Shown one piece after another: positions 26,367 to 35,972 of a stretch of DNA of 64,000 nucleotides. This DNA comes from Oscillospiraceae bacterium. Lineage in GTDB: Bacteria; Bacillota; Clostridia; Oscillospirales; Butyricicoccaceae. The stretch is from contig JAVBMB010000009.1 of the NCBI GenBank assembly GCA_031552995.1, positions 1,345-65,344 of the forward strand. The letters are read 5' to 3'. The translations under genes and the position numbers were made by a program. The notes below the pieces were generated by a model. That model was not told the DNA's origin, made no database searches, and worked only from the letters and a program-made list of their open reading frames with translations. How positions within the stretch are numbered: the first letter of the stretch is position 1; each line of letters begins with the position of its first letter.

Positions 26367-27653
26367 TCAGACAAGCGCCTCCTCTTGCTTGAAAATCGGT
26401 AAGGTGAAACTTACGCTCGTCCCGGAGCCAAGCTCGCTGGTAATTGAAACATCGCCGCCGTAATACCGGATAAGATCGCGGCATATGGGGAGACCGAGGC
26501 CGTTTCCGCTGCCGCCGGTGACGCCGCGCTCAAACACATGGCCTAAAAGCTCGGGCGGGACACCGCTGCCGTTATCCGATATTGTGACCGTGAGCATCTT
26601 TTCGCCCCCGCGCGCGCTGACGCGGATGATGCCGCCGGTTGTGTGGGAGTTGGCATTGCTGAGCAGGTTGGACAAAACCTGCACAATGATGTCCGCGCTG
26701 CATACGACTATCGGTAGATCGTCCGGGATTTCGAGAGCGAGCGTGTTGCCGTTTTTTTCGAGCAGCGAGGTGTAGGCCGCCAGACCCGTCAGCAGGACGT
26801 CGGTGGGGTTTACGGCATATTCGCCGTTGTTTGCCGACTGAAGCGCCGCAAGCCGCAGCGCGTTGGTGACAAGCCGTGACATCCGCTTGATTTCATCCTG
26901 TACCAGAACAAACGACTCTCTGATTTTTTCCTCATCACCTTCGCGCGCAAGCTCGAAAAGCTTTTCGGCCCGCTGGATATGTACTGAAATGACGGTGAGA
27001 GGGGTTTTTAACTCGTGCGATACGTTCCCGAGCAGCTCGCTTTTTAGCTGGCTGATGTTGTCAAGCATGGCGTTTTGCTCAGCCAGCTGCTTTTGCTGCT
27101 CGTTATACAGCCGGAAGTGGAGAAACAATATGACGCCAAGTACAATGCTGACAGAGATAAAGGCAATTAAAGTGCCGGCAAAAGCGTCCTCAGGGGCTTT
27201 TATGCGATACAGATCCTCGGTTTGATTATAATAGACTACGCACAGCGCGGCGTAAAACACCACTTCGCCCGCGGCGAGAAGCAGCGCCTTTTTGCCCTCG
27301 AGCATAAAAATCGTGAACACAATGGCGAAAACGAAAAACGACGGGAAGCCGTACAGATACCCGCCTGTGGTGAAAAAAAGTGTCGGGAACAGAATGAGGA
27401 ACACACATACGATGGTTATTATGTATGCAGGTTCGTATTTTTTTGTCCTGGTGACGTATTGCAGCAGGCCCAATGACAAGAAAACGCCCGAGAAGCAGGA
27501 TATGGCATTTATCGGGTTGGTCACAAGCAGGTGAAACACAGTGAATAAAAGGCTGACGATAGCCCCGCCGAGAGCAAGGACGTTGAAGATTTTTACCTTG
27601 AAATCCAGCCGTTTATTGAGATACTTACCGGATATGTAACGTAAAAAACGCAT
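26367..27653 (-). CDS. membrane sensor histidine kinase (no adjacent response regulator)
   Basis: About six N-terminal TM helices are present. The motifs are an H-box (SHELKTPLT), an N-box (LSNLLSNANSHT), G1 (DNGSGVPPE) and G2 (GNGLGLPICRDL). Confidence 0.9.
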   Translation of the reverse strand: MRFLRYISGKYLNKRLDFKVKIFNVLALGGAIVSLLFTVFHLLVTNPINAISCFSGVFLSLGLLQYVTRTKKYEPAYIITIVCVFLILFPTLFFTTGGYLYGFPSFFVFAIVFTIFMLEGKKALLLAAGEVVFYAALCVVYYNQTEDLYRIKAPEDAFAGTLIAFISVSIVLGVILFLHFRLYNEQQKQLAEQNAMLDNISQLKSELLGNVSHELKTPLTVISVHIQRAEKLFELAREGDEEKIRESFVLVQDEIKRMSRLVTNALRLAALQSANNGEYAVNPTDVLLTGLAAYTSLLEKNGNTLALEIPDDLPIVVCSADIIVQVLSNLLSNANSHTTGGIIRVSARGGEKMLTVTISDNGSGVPPELLGHVFERGVTGGSGNGLGLPICRDLIRYYGGDVSITSELGSGTSVSFTLPIFKQEEALV

Positions 27654-27728
27654 ACTTCACCTCGCAAATATAGTGATACTGAAAGCGAAAACTGACAGCC
27701 GCGGAAGATGCGATACCGATAAAAAAGC

Positions 27729-28154
27729 TTATTTAAAACGCAATACCTCTTTTACTTTGGCAAAGTGTTTCGGATGATACAACGGGAAGGACAGCTCGCC
27801 CGGGATGTCATCAAAAAAATCTATTTTTTCAATTTCCGACTCCGGCAAATCGCCCAGTTCTTTTATGTCGGCATAAAAGAGTAAACCATAGCTGTTGATT
27901 GAATATACACATATCGGCGTGATTTCAAATCTTTTTGCGCCCGTTTCCTCGAATAATTCCCTTTTCGCGGCATCAATTATCGATTCGCCTTCCTCCCGGT
28001 GTCCGCCCGGCAATTCCCATTTGCGTTTTTTATTTTTGCAAAAAATCCATTTATCCATATACTTAGAGACAATTACGGCATACTTTAGCAGCGAATCGTC
28101 AATATCATCAATCTTATGAAAAACTACTTCCTGCACCCCGACACCCCCAGACAA
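27729..28154 (-). CDS. NUDIX hydrolase
   Basis: The Nudix box is GGHREEGESIIDAAKRELFEETG. The true start is probably the GTG six codons in (VQEVVFHK). Confidence 0.85.
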   Translation of the reverse strand: MSGGVGVQEVVFHKIDDIDDSLLKYAVIVSKYMDKWIFCKNKKRKWELPGGHREEGESIIDAAKRELFEETGAKRFEITPICVYSINSYGLLFYADIKELGDLPESEIEKIDFFDDIPGELSFPLYHPKHFAKVKEVLRFK

Positions 28155-28377
28155 GTTGTTTTATCCATGCCGAAATTGTGCGATTCTGAGAAAAATGTCA
28201 GCTTAACGGTTATTATATCACAGTCGCCTGAAAAAAAGAATACCATGGCCGCGTGATACGAGAAATGATGAGATCGGCGCAATTTTGCCGGGAGTTGTAA
28301 CTTTTCTGTAGTTGTATTTGCGCAGACGCGGATGTATTATTGTGCCGTAAGCTATTTTTTTGAAAAGAGTGTATGCC

Positions 28378-29157
28378 ATGAACAAGTTGCTGTCGATGGT
28401 GATTGCCGCCGCAATGCTTGCCGTTATGGCCGGCGGCGCGCATGAGTTCGGCAGAAAAGGAGAGAAGATACCGCCCGAAGCCAAGGCTGTTTACGCGCCG
28501 GTCCTTGAAAGCTGGGAAGGCGCAATCAGAGAGGGGTTCGGATCTATCAAAGGGACGGGGTACGCGAAGCGGTATCCCTATATAAAAATGACGCTGCCAA
28601 GTGAGCTGTGCGGGGCGCACTATGCCTATTTTGATGTGGACGGAAACGGAGTATATGAGCTGCTGATTGCCGCTTTCTTCCGCAGCGGTGACGGCGGGTG
28701 GGAGTATCTGTATATGGCAGATATCTTCACAATACATGGCGATGAGCCGGTTCGTCTGTTTGAGGGAGTTGAGGACCGCGGGTTTTGGACGCGCAACCGG
28801 CTTGATTTTTCCGCCGACGGGCAGTCACTTGTAATAGCGGGTTCAGGCGGGGCCGCGTATTCAACCTATGATTTTTACAGGGTGGCGGATAACGGGTATC
28901 AGGTTGTGCTTACAGAAGGGTTGACGACATACAATGTAAATGACCCGAGTGATTCGACGCCGTATTATCATCGTGCCGACGGAACATACGTGCCGGCGGG
29001 CAGTATTGACGGCGTGATGGACAAATATTTTGAAAAGACTTATTTTGAAGGAAGTGCCGAGGCGGCTTATATCTCGCGCTTCAATAAACGGATTGCCTGG
29101 ACGCCTGTAGCGCAAAACGAGGATAAGAGCATTTTTGTTTATTCGCCTGAAGAGTGA
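28378..29157 (+). CDS. secreted hypothetical protein
   Basis: A signal-peptide-like N-terminus (MNKLLSMVIAAAMLAVMAGGAHE) starts at ATG 28378. I recognised no family. Confidence 0.6.
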   Translation: MNKLLSMVIAAAMLAVMAGGAHEFGRKGEKIPPEAKAVYAPVLESWEGAIREGFGSIKGTGYAKRYPYIKMTLPSELCGAHYAYFDVDGNGVYELLIAAFFRSGDGGWEYLYMADIFTIHGDEPVRLFEGVEDRGFWTRNRLDFSADGQSLVIAGSGGAAYSTYDFYRVADNGYQVVLTEGLTTYNVNDPSDSTPYYHRADGTYVPAGSIDGVMDKYFEKTYFEGSAEAAYISRFNKRIAWTPVAQNEDKSIFVYSPEE

Positions 29158-29273
29158 TTTATTCTCGCTCGGCGTGATATTGAATATCGACAGGCACCTG
29201 CTATAATTAGCTTGGGATGACGGAGATTCATACTGCGTCGACCTAAGCTGATTTTTGTTAAGGTGGGAAGAGT

Positions 29274-30164
29274 ATGTTTATTGCCGAGAATCTGAAGGCC
29301 GCGCGCAAGAAAAAGGACATGACGCAGGAAGAGGTCGCCGAGATACTGGGGGTTTCCCCTCAGAGCGTGAGCAAATGGGAGAGAGGTGAGACATATCCGG
29401 ATATCACGCTGCTGCCGGCGCTTGCGATCCTGTATAAGACAAGCGTAGATGCGCTGATTGGCATGGACAGGATAAACGATGTGCAGGCACAGCGCGAGGT
29501 ATTTGTGGCCGAGCAGAGACATGTATATCTCGGAGAATATGGCGCGGCGGCAGATGTGCTGACGCAGGCGCTGAAGATGTACCCGAATGATGAGGGGATG
29601 ATGTCGGAACTGGCAATGGTTCTGGCGCTTGAGGGCGGAGAGGATAACCTGCGCCGCGCAATAGCGCTGTGCGAGAGGGTACTGGAGGGGCATCGGAGCG
29701 AGAAGGTACATCACACGACGCGCGCGGCGCTGAGTTTTATCTTTCTTAAAGCGGGTGACGCGGAAAGGGCGGCGCATGTGGCGAAAAATCTGCCGCACGT
29801 ACGCGAGAGCCGCGAGAAGATACTGGAGGAGTTCGCAAGGCAGCCGAGCATCGCCGACATTGATACATATCTGCGCTTTATAGCGCTGGGCGAGAGCGGA
29901 GAGCAGGATGTGATTACCGTCGATTTTGGTATGGGCCTGGTGCCGGCGGTGCTGGAAAACCGGCTTGTAGAGCGGGTGCGCGAGCTGCGGGGCACGCAGG
30001 GGTATGAGAAACTGCCGCTGGTGCGGATCAGAGATAATCCGGAGCTTGCGCCAAATCGAATGCGGGTGCGGCGGTATGCCGATTATCTGCTGGATGAAGT
30101 ATATGGTGACGGCGCGGCGGCGGCGGACGACGCGCTGGAGGCGCTGTACAAAATCGTGCGGTAG
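29274..30164 (+). CDS. XRE-family HTH regulator with a TPR-like middle region and an FlhA (FHIPEP)-like C-terminal segment
   Basis: The HTH is LKAARKKKDMTQEEVAEILGVSPQSVSKWERGETYPD. The helical repeat region contains GEYGAAADVLTQALKMYPND. The C-terminal VITVDFGMGLVPAVLENRLVERVRELRGTQGYEKLPLVRIRDNPELAPNRMRV resembles the FlhA segment LGMEVGYRLIPMVD...LLGRIRSIRKK...PPVVHIRDNMDLQPARYRI. Confidence 0.85.
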   Translation: MFIAENLKAARKKKDMTQEEVAEILGVSPQSVSKWERGETYPDITLLPALAILYKTSVDALIGMDRINDVQAQREVFVAEQRHVYLGEYGAAADVLTQALKMYPNDEGMMSELAMVLALEGGEDNLRRAIALCERVLEGHRSEKVHHTTRAALSFIFLKAGDAERAAHVAKNLPHVRESREKILEEFARQPSIADIDTYLRFIALGESGEQDVITVDFGMGLVPAVLENRLVERVRELRGTQGYEKLPLVRIRDNPELAPNRMRVRRYADYLLDEVYGDGAAAADDALEALYKIVR

Positions 30165-30364
30165 TATCCGCGGCGTATATTTTTGAAATCGTTTCAGCGC
30201 CCGCGCGTGTGTGACACGCCGAGTGCAATGACACAAATTGTATTACATGAATAAGCGCAGGGAGATGCCTCTCTGCGCTTGATTTATCGGCTGTTATGCC
30301 GTTTTGCGGTTTTTTTGCGGTATGACGGAAAATATCGACCGCTTAACCGCCGGATACACCCGTA

Positions 30365-30844
30365 TTACTCCTGCGTGGGGATGTCGCAGATATCGCCCCA
30401 GGAACAGGGAGAGGAATACTGCTGCAGCTCGTCGCAGGTGAGTTTTATTGCCGAGTTTGAACTGCCGCAGGCGGGATAGACATAGTCGAACCGGCGCAGA
30501 GACTCATCAAGGTATACACTGACGTCGGACGGCAGGGCGAACGGGCAGACGCCGCCGACGGCGTAGCCGGTTTTTTCCAGCGCTTCGTCGCCGGTAAGCA
30601 TTTTTGCCTTGAAGCCAAATGTATCTTTGAACTTTCGGTTGCTGATTTTTGCGTCGCCGGCTGCGACGACGACGATGCAGCCTCCGTCGGCATGGCGCAG
30701 CGATATGGTTTTGGCAATCTGCGCGCCGGGGACGCCGACAGCCTGCGCCGCAAGCTGGACTGTAGCGCTAGAGACATCGAATTCCATAATATCGTCTGCA
30801 CGGCCCATTTTTGTAAAAAATGCACGAACCCGATCAATTGACAT
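30365..30844 (-). CDS. YbaK/EbsC-type aminoacyl-tRNA editing (deacylase) domain protein
   Basis: AAGGAGGG precedes the ATG (MSIDRVRAFF...). The translation contains IAKTISLR...CIVVVAAGDAKISNRKFKDTFG...GYAVGGVCPF, which is typical of this family. The upstream 52 codons of the track ORF are unlikely to be translated. Confidence 0.8.
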   Translation of the reverse strand: MSIDRVRAFFTKMGRADDIMEFDVSSATVQLAAQAVGVPGAQIAKTISLRHADGGCIVVVAAGDAKISNRKFKDTFGFKAKMLTGDEALEKTGYAVGGVCPFALPSDVSVYLDESLRRFDYVYPACGSSNSAIKLTCDELQQYSSPCSWGDICDIPTQE

Positions 30845-31161
30845 GACTGATCCCTCCTTTTGCATAAATATTATATTCGGATTTGTTTTTTTTTGCAAGC
30901 AGATATGGCGGTTGCGCATGACGCTATATGACAAGATATTGTGCCGGCAAAAATATTTTGATTCTGCCGACCGGTGAGACGAAAAAACACGGAATGCCAA
31001 ATTTGTGGAAACATGACAAAAATGCGGTCGAAAAATATAACTCAGCGTAATATTTTGTCCTTTACATATTCAAAATCGTAGCTTATACTTGATTTATTGT
31101 TTTGAAGCGGCACGGCATGGCAAGGGGTAAACCGTGCGGCGCTTAGTGGGATGGGGATTAA

Positions 31162-31836
31162 ATGGTCAGCGATTTTCCGAGGACGCTCTCTCTGCTGCGG
31201 CAGGAGAAAAAAATCAGCCAGCGTAAGGCTGCAAATGATCTCGGCGTGTCTCAGGCGCTGCTTTCGCACTATGAAAACAGTGTAAGAGAGCCCGGGCTTA
31301 GCTTTGTTGTGCGCGCCGCCGATTATTACGGAGTTTCGGCCGACTATCTGCTGGGGCGCACAATGTCGCGCGACGGCGCCTCAATAATAGGCGAGGAGCT
31401 TGACGACCTGAGCGAGATGCGCGGCAATGTGCTAAAGGGCAGTGCGTCAGCCATGCTTAGCAAAAAAATGCTGCTTAACGCCATATCGCTGATGTATGAG
31501 CTGGTGGGCAAATGCGGCAACAAGTCGCTGGTACAGGAGATTTCAGGATATTTTTCGACATGCTATTATAAAGTGTTCAGGCTGCTGTATTCCATTGACA
31601 AGAAGAACGCCGACGGCGCGTTTGCCACGCCTTTGTCATATTATTCCGAGCTGTGCGACGCGAAAATTAAAAAACACGAGGGTAAACTGCGCCAGCTTGC
31701 CGATAATAATAAGCGTGAACCGGTGGGATTGCCTGATATGACAATGGATTCGCTGAACACCGATTACCCGATGCTGGCGCCGTCGCTGTTCGCCGTTTTA
31801 CACGGTGTTTCGGAAAAAATTGAAAAGGAGAACTGA
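31162..31836 (+). CDS. XRE-family HTH transcriptional regulator
   Basis: The N-terminal HTH is LSLLRQEKKISQRKAANDLGVSQALLSHYENSVREPGL. The C-terminal domain of about 150 aa is of unknown type. Confidence 0.8.
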   Translation: MVSDFPRTLSLLRQEKKISQRKAANDLGVSQALLSHYENSVREPGLSFVVRAADYYGVSADYLLGRTMSRDGASIIGEELDDLSEMRGNVLKGSASAMLSKKMLLNAISLMYELVGKCGNKSLVQEISGYFSTCYYKVFRLLYSIDKKNADGAFATPLSYYSELCDAKIKKHEGKLRQLADNNKREPVGLPDMTMDSLNTDYPMLAPSLFAVLHGVSEKIEKEN

Positions 31837-31851
31837 ATCTTAAAAAACACC

Positions 31852-31880
31852 TTGATTTTTGCCCGCCTGTATGCTATACT
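31852..31880 (+). promoter_or_regulatory. sigma-A-type promoter for the tRNA pair
   Basis: TTGATT-N17-TATACT lies 27 nt upstream of the tRNA-Thr 5' end. Confidence 0.5.
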
Positions 31881-31906
31881 GATTTTCGCGCGCAGGAATC
31901 CGCTAG

Positions 31907-31982
31907 GCTGGTGTAGCTCAGCAGGTAGAGCAGCTGATTTGTAATCAGCAGGTCGGGGGTTCAAATCCGTCCACCAGCTCCA
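31907..31982 (+). tRNA. tRNA-Thr (anticodon UGU)
   Basis: I folded the cloverleaf by hand. The acceptor is GCTGGTG/CACCAGC, the D arm GCTC/GAGC, the anticodon stem GCTGA/TCAGC with loop TTTGTAA, and the T loop TTCAAAT. CCA is encoded. The T stem has one G:G mismatch. Confidence 0.8.
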
Positions 31983-32012
31983 TTTTTCAAACACAACTCA
32001 ATATAGATATGG

Positions 32013-32097
32013 GGGAGCGTTCCCGAGTGGCCAAAGGGGGCAGACTGTAAATCTGTTGTCAGTGACTTCGGTGGTTCGAATCCACCCGCTCCCACCA
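32013..32097 (+). tRNA. tRNA-Tyr (anticodon GUA), class II with a long variable arm
   Basis: The acceptor is GGGAGCG/CGCTCCC, the anticodon loop CTGTAAA, and the T arm GGTGG-TTCGAAT-CCACC. CCA is encoded. Confidence 0.88.
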
Positions 32098-32100
32098 ATA

Positions 32101-32140
32101 AAAAACATAGCATCTGATAGAGAAGATGCTATGTTTTTTA
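32101..32140 (+). terminator. rho-independent terminator after the tRNA pair
   Basis: AAAAACATAGCATCT-GATAGAGA-AGATGCTATGTTTTT forms a perfect 15-bp stem with a T tract. Confidence 0.85.
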
Positions 32141-32204
32141 TTGATGTATGGTATGATAGCAGAAGGTGAGGAGTTTTTATATATCGTGGAGGTTGTAATA
32201 AAAT

Positions 32205-32831
32205 ATGAAAAACATAATCATCGCAGGGCCGGGCAGAAGCGGTAAAACAACATTGGCGAAAAAGATAAATGAAGAGCTGGATCACTTTGTCATCAGCCTC
32301 GACAAACTTATGACCGTGTTTGACAGGTCATACCCCCAGATGGATGTTAGAATTGCGTGGGATTATAATAAAGCAACGGCCAACGCGGCACCGTTTATCG
32401 GCCATTTTCTTGGCATGTTTTCTGTCAGTGACGGCATGGCTGATGATTTAAACCTTCGAAAGCACGCTGTGAAAGGAAACAGGTTTGTGCTGGAGGGAGG
32501 GCATTTCGATTTTGAAAAAATATTGCCTATTCTGGACGCCTATGGGATAAATGAAATAAAGGATTATTTTATTCTTATTGGGTTGGTGCAAAACAAAAAA
32601 ACTGCCGAAGACTTTTTCCTTGATTTAAAGAAATACGATACGGAAGACGAATGGACATACGGCATGGATGATAATGAGCTGAAAGAGCTAATCAGCCGGG
32701 ATTTCATTCCATCCAATCAATCTATGACTGGCCAATTAATAAAATACGGCTTTACTATTTATGACACATCGACAAATAGGGAGCAAGTTTTTGACGAAAT
32801 CATTGAAGATATTAAATCTAAAATGGAATAG
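32205..32831 (+). CDS. P-loop NTPase (small kinase/ATPase-like protein)
   Basis: The Walker A motif is IIIAGPGRSGKTTLAKK at the N-terminus. The gene is visibly more AT-rich than its neighbours. Confidence 0.75.
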   Translation: MKNIIIAGPGRSGKTTLAKKINEELDHFVISLDKLMTVFDRSYPQMDVRIAWDYNKATANAAPFIGHFLGMFSVSDGMADDLNLRKHAVKGNRFVLEGGHFDFEKILPILDAYGINEIKDYFILIGLVQNKKTAEDFFLDLKKYDTEDEWTYGMDDNELKELISRDFIPSNQSMTGQLIKYGFTIYDTSTNREQVFDEIIEDIKSKME

Positions 32832-32984
32832 AGTAAGTAAATAACGGGATACGTGTGCAATGATATAAAACATTCCACAATAAGCATTAGCTTGAAAAAG
32901 ATACGCCTAAAAACAATCGCCCAGCCTGTGAAAGGCGGATGACGGCAGGGGCGTGAAAGCATCCGCACAAAAGAATAAGACCTG

Positions 32985-33010
32985 AAGGCCGGCTGTGTGC
33001 CGGCCTTTTT
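32985..33010. terminator. bidirectional hairpin terminator between convergent genes
   Basis: AAGGCCGGC-TGTGT-GCCGGCCTT is followed by TTT and lies 9 nt from the rpiR-like stop. Confidence 0.6.
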
Positions 33011-33018
33011 GCGCGCCA

Positions 33019-33822
33019 TCAGCTTTCGATATATACGTCGATTTCGGTCGGCGCGCGTCGAAAACGCCGGCGGAAGTTGACGTGCATGTAGTTCATCAGG
33101 CGGTATATATAAGCTGTTATCGGAGTTATGTCGGCGAGATTTGTGCCGGGGCGACGATTTAAATCGATGTTAAGCATTAAATCGCTTATTGCCGTAAACG
33201 GGCTTAAAGGCATATCAGATATTGTCAGAACGGCGCAGCCGCGGGACTTTGCCGTCCGCGCGCAGTCGAACGTGTAAGTGTAGTGAGGGGATATCGACAC
33301 CGCAATGACAAGCGTGCCGGGCGTCATGATGCCCAGTATCTCATTCCAGTCGCCCATCAGGCGCGACAGATAGACATTCTCTCTTATGCGGTCGAGCTGG
33401 TGCAGCAGCTCGGCGGCAATACCGAATGAGTCCAAATACCCGATTATCAGGATGTTTTTTGCGTCGATAACCGAGTTGGCGATTCGGAAAAGTAAATCGG
33501 AGTCGAGCGCCGAAAACATATTGGCGACGCTCTCGAGCGATAAGTGAGCCTGGTCGTCGTCGCGCAGGGAGGGGATGTCAATCTTCACGGCGGGGGAGGA
33601 CATGACATGAGATTGGAAGTTTTTTTGCATGTCCGAAAACCCGCTGTAGCCAAGTGCGTGGCTGAAGCGGACAATCGACGCCGTGCTTGTGCCGATTTTC
33701 CCCGCCAGCTCGGCGAGAGAACAGAACAGCGTTTGGCCGTAGTTTGCCTGAATAAACCTGGCGATATGTTGCTGAGACTTTGAGAGTGTGGGGTAGAGCG
33801 CCTCGATTTTGTTTATGAGCAT
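33019..33822 (-). CDS. MurR/RpiR-family transcriptional regulator (HTH plus SIS domain)
   Basis: The HTH_6 pattern is LSKSQQHIARFIQANY...SLAELAGKIGTSTASIVRFSHALGYSGFSDMQ. The C-terminal SIS-like region contains ILIIGYLDSFGIA...LVIAVSISP. Confidence 0.85.
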   Translation of the reverse strand: MLINKIEALYPTLSKSQQHIARFIQANYGQTLFCSLAELAGKIGTSTASIVRFSHALGYSGFSDMQKNFQSHVMSSPAVKIDIPSLRDDDQAHLSLESVANMFSALDSDLLFRIANSVIDAKNILIIGYLDSFGIAAELLHQLDRIRENVYLSRLMGDWNEILGIMTPGTLVIAVSISPHYTYTFDCARTAKSRGCAVLTISDMPLSPFTAISDLMLNIDLNRRPGTNLADITPITAYIYRLMNYMHVNFRRRFRRAPTEIDVYIES

Positions 33823-34238
33823 AATGCACCTCCGTTTGCATGGCAGGCGTGGCGGAACAGCGGCTTTGGACAGCGCGTGAACTGTTTGGTACGATTTTAG
33901 TTTTGTGTATTGTTTAGTTCAGTTTACCGCCGCCGCGCTCGGCTGTCAATGGCAGGGTGCGGTTACAGGGGCAGCGGGGTTGGAGGCGAGATGGACACAG
34001 GCGGATTTCCGGCGCAAATACCGCCGGCGAAGATGGTTTTTGCGTCGAATCGCAGCGACAATATGACGAAAATTGGCGCAGTATATACTTCAAACGCAAG
34101 CGCGGAGGCGAGAGAAATATGTATCTGCTGAAAACGCAGTATTTTATTGTTAATGCGCGTGCTTTGTGCTAAAATTAAACATATATATCGTCATGCGGCA
34201 TACAGAGCGCCGTAATATTCGTTTTGGGAGGCACACTT

Positions 34239-34694
34239 ATGCAGTATAAGCTTGCGATAGTCAGCAAGGTAGATTTGGCCGACGGCCGTCACATGGCCCT
34301 GGTGACACTGTATCCCGGTACCTCGGCGTGTATAGAGGCGACGAGGAAGGGCACAGTAGCGGCGTCGTACATCGAAGTGCTTGAGCCGCCGATTGAGCTG
34401 CCGGAGGCGTATTCCGCAAAAGGAAAAAAACGCATAAAGCTTGTGATGCGGCTGGACCCGTATGGCGAGGACGGGCGGAGGATGGCCGGAGCGCTGTACT
34501 ATCAGCAGGTGTTTGGGCGTAGCTGCCACGATGACGAGACGCAAAAGGGCATCGCCGACATTATATATCAGGCGATGGTTGATTTGTATTTGACGGCTGA
34601 AACCGACGAGAGCGGGTTTTCAAATGCCGGGGCACTGTGTGTCGGTGCGATTCGCGAGGCGTGCGCGCGAAACGCGGCAACAACCGGGAAGTGA
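34239..34694 (+). CDS. hypothetical protein
   Basis: GGGAGG lies 7 nt before ATG 34239. The gene sits 57 nt upstream of the M20 gene on the same strand. I recognised no family. Confidence 0.55.
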   Translation: MQYKLAIVSKVDLADGRHMALVTLYPGTSACIEATRKGTVAASYIEVLEPPIELPEAYSAKGKKRIKLVMRLDPYGEDGRRMAGALYYQQVFGRSCHDDETQKGIADIIYQAMVDLYLTAETDESGFSNAGALCVGAIREACARNAATTGK

Positions 34695-34751
34695 TTTGGG
34701 ATTGGCGGCGGCACAGGCGTAAACGGCGCGCTGCGCATTGAAAGGATTTTT

Positions 34752-35972
34752 ATGGTTAAGCTTGAGAGTATTGCACCGTACGAGCAGGAGATAATCGAGA
34801 TATTTAAGCAGATTCATATGCATCCCGAGCCGGGTTTTTTTGAGTTCAACACGGCAGCCCTGATAAAGGAAAAGCTGCGCGCATGGGGGCTTGATGTGAG
34901 GGAAAACCTGGCCATGACCGGCGTTATGGGCGTGCTTGATACCGGAAAGCCGGGGCGGACGGTACTGCTGCGCGCCGACATGGACTGCCTGCCGGTTATT
35001 GAGGCCAGCGGCGTGGAATACTGCTCTCAGTCGCCGGGGTTGATGCACGCGTGCGGGCATGACACGCATGTGGCGATGCTGCTGGGGGCGGCGAAATATA
35101 TGTCGGAGCACCCGGACGAATTGTGCGGAAAGGTGAAGTTTGTATTTCAGCCTGCCGAGGAGGGCACGACCGACAGCAGGAAGGCCGAGGTCGCCGAGCT
35201 TGGGCTGGGGACAACCGACGGTGCGCAGATTATGATTGCGCAGGGCGTGGCTGACGGAGTCGACGCATGCTTTGCAATCCATATCGATTCTACATCACCT
35301 GTCGGCACGGGTAAGGTGTGCCGCAAGGAAGCGATGGCGTCCGCGGATCAGTTTGACTTTGTGATTAAGGGAACCGGCGGGCACGGCTCGTCGCCGCAGA
35401 CGGCGACAGACCCCGTGAGCGCGGCCGCCGTGGCCATTCAAACGATTAATCTTATTCCGGCGCGCAGCGTGTCGGCGTTTGACCAGTGTGTCATCAGCAT
35501 CGGAACGCTGGAGACGCCGGGGTCGCGCTGGAATATAATTCCGGCGAATGTCCGCGCCGGCGGCACGGTGCGCACATTTAATGACGAGGTGCGCAAAAGG
35601 ACATTTGAGCTTATCGAGCAGCGTGTGGCGGATGCCGCAAAGACGTTCGGGTGCGAGTATGAGTTTAAGCTGACACCATACTACGCGCCGACAGTGAATG
35701 ACCCCGATGTGGCGGCGCTTGTGCTGGAAACCGGCCGCGAGCTGATGGGCGAAGGGATGGCATATGCCGAGTCGCCGAGCATGGGCGGTGAGGATGTCGG
35801 GTATTTCTTCCGCAAGGCGCCGGGCGCTTTGATGATGCTGGGCGGCAGCTTTAAGAATGACCCGAAGCCGGCGACGCTGCACAGCCCATATGTGAGGATT
35901 GACCCTTCGGCGCTTAAATATGGAGTCGCGATGCACGTGAATATGTGTATCAAACTGACAAAGCCGTTGTGA
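34752..35972 (+). CDS. M20-family amidohydrolase (aminoacylase/hippuricase-type, M20D)
   Basis: The translation contains LLRADMDCLPV...HACGHDTHVAMLLGAAKYM...VKFVFQPAEEG...GGEDVGYF, which are the characteristic metal-ligand blocks of the family. Confidence 0.9.
   Translation: MVKLESIAPYEQEIIEIFKQIHMHPEPGFFEFNTAALIKEKLRAWGLDVRENLAMTGVMGVLDTGKPGRTVLLRADMDCLPVIEASGVEYCSQSPGLMHACGHDTHVAMLLGAAKYMSEHPDELCGKVKFVFQPAEEGTTDSRKAEVAELGLGTTDGAQIMIAQGVADGVDACFAIHIDSTSPVGTGKVCRKEAMASADQFDFVIKGTGGHGSSPQTATDPVSAAAVAIQTINLIPARSVSAFDQCVISIGTLETPGSRWNIIPANVRAGGTVRTFNDEVRKRTFELIEQRVADAAKTFGCEYEFKLTPYYAPTVNDPDVAALVLETGRELMGEGMAYAESPSMGGEDVGYFFRKAPGALMMLGGSFKNDPKPATLHSPYVRIDPSALKYGVAMHVNMCIKLTKPL

Noticed and set aside
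29139-30236. A 365-aa ORF on the minus strand (mirror at 42081-43178).
   Set aside because: It lies fully antisense to the XRE-TPR regulator gene, which has clear family motifs. Its translation is Arg/His/Gln/Leu-rich low-complexity sequence with no recognisable domain and no RBS.
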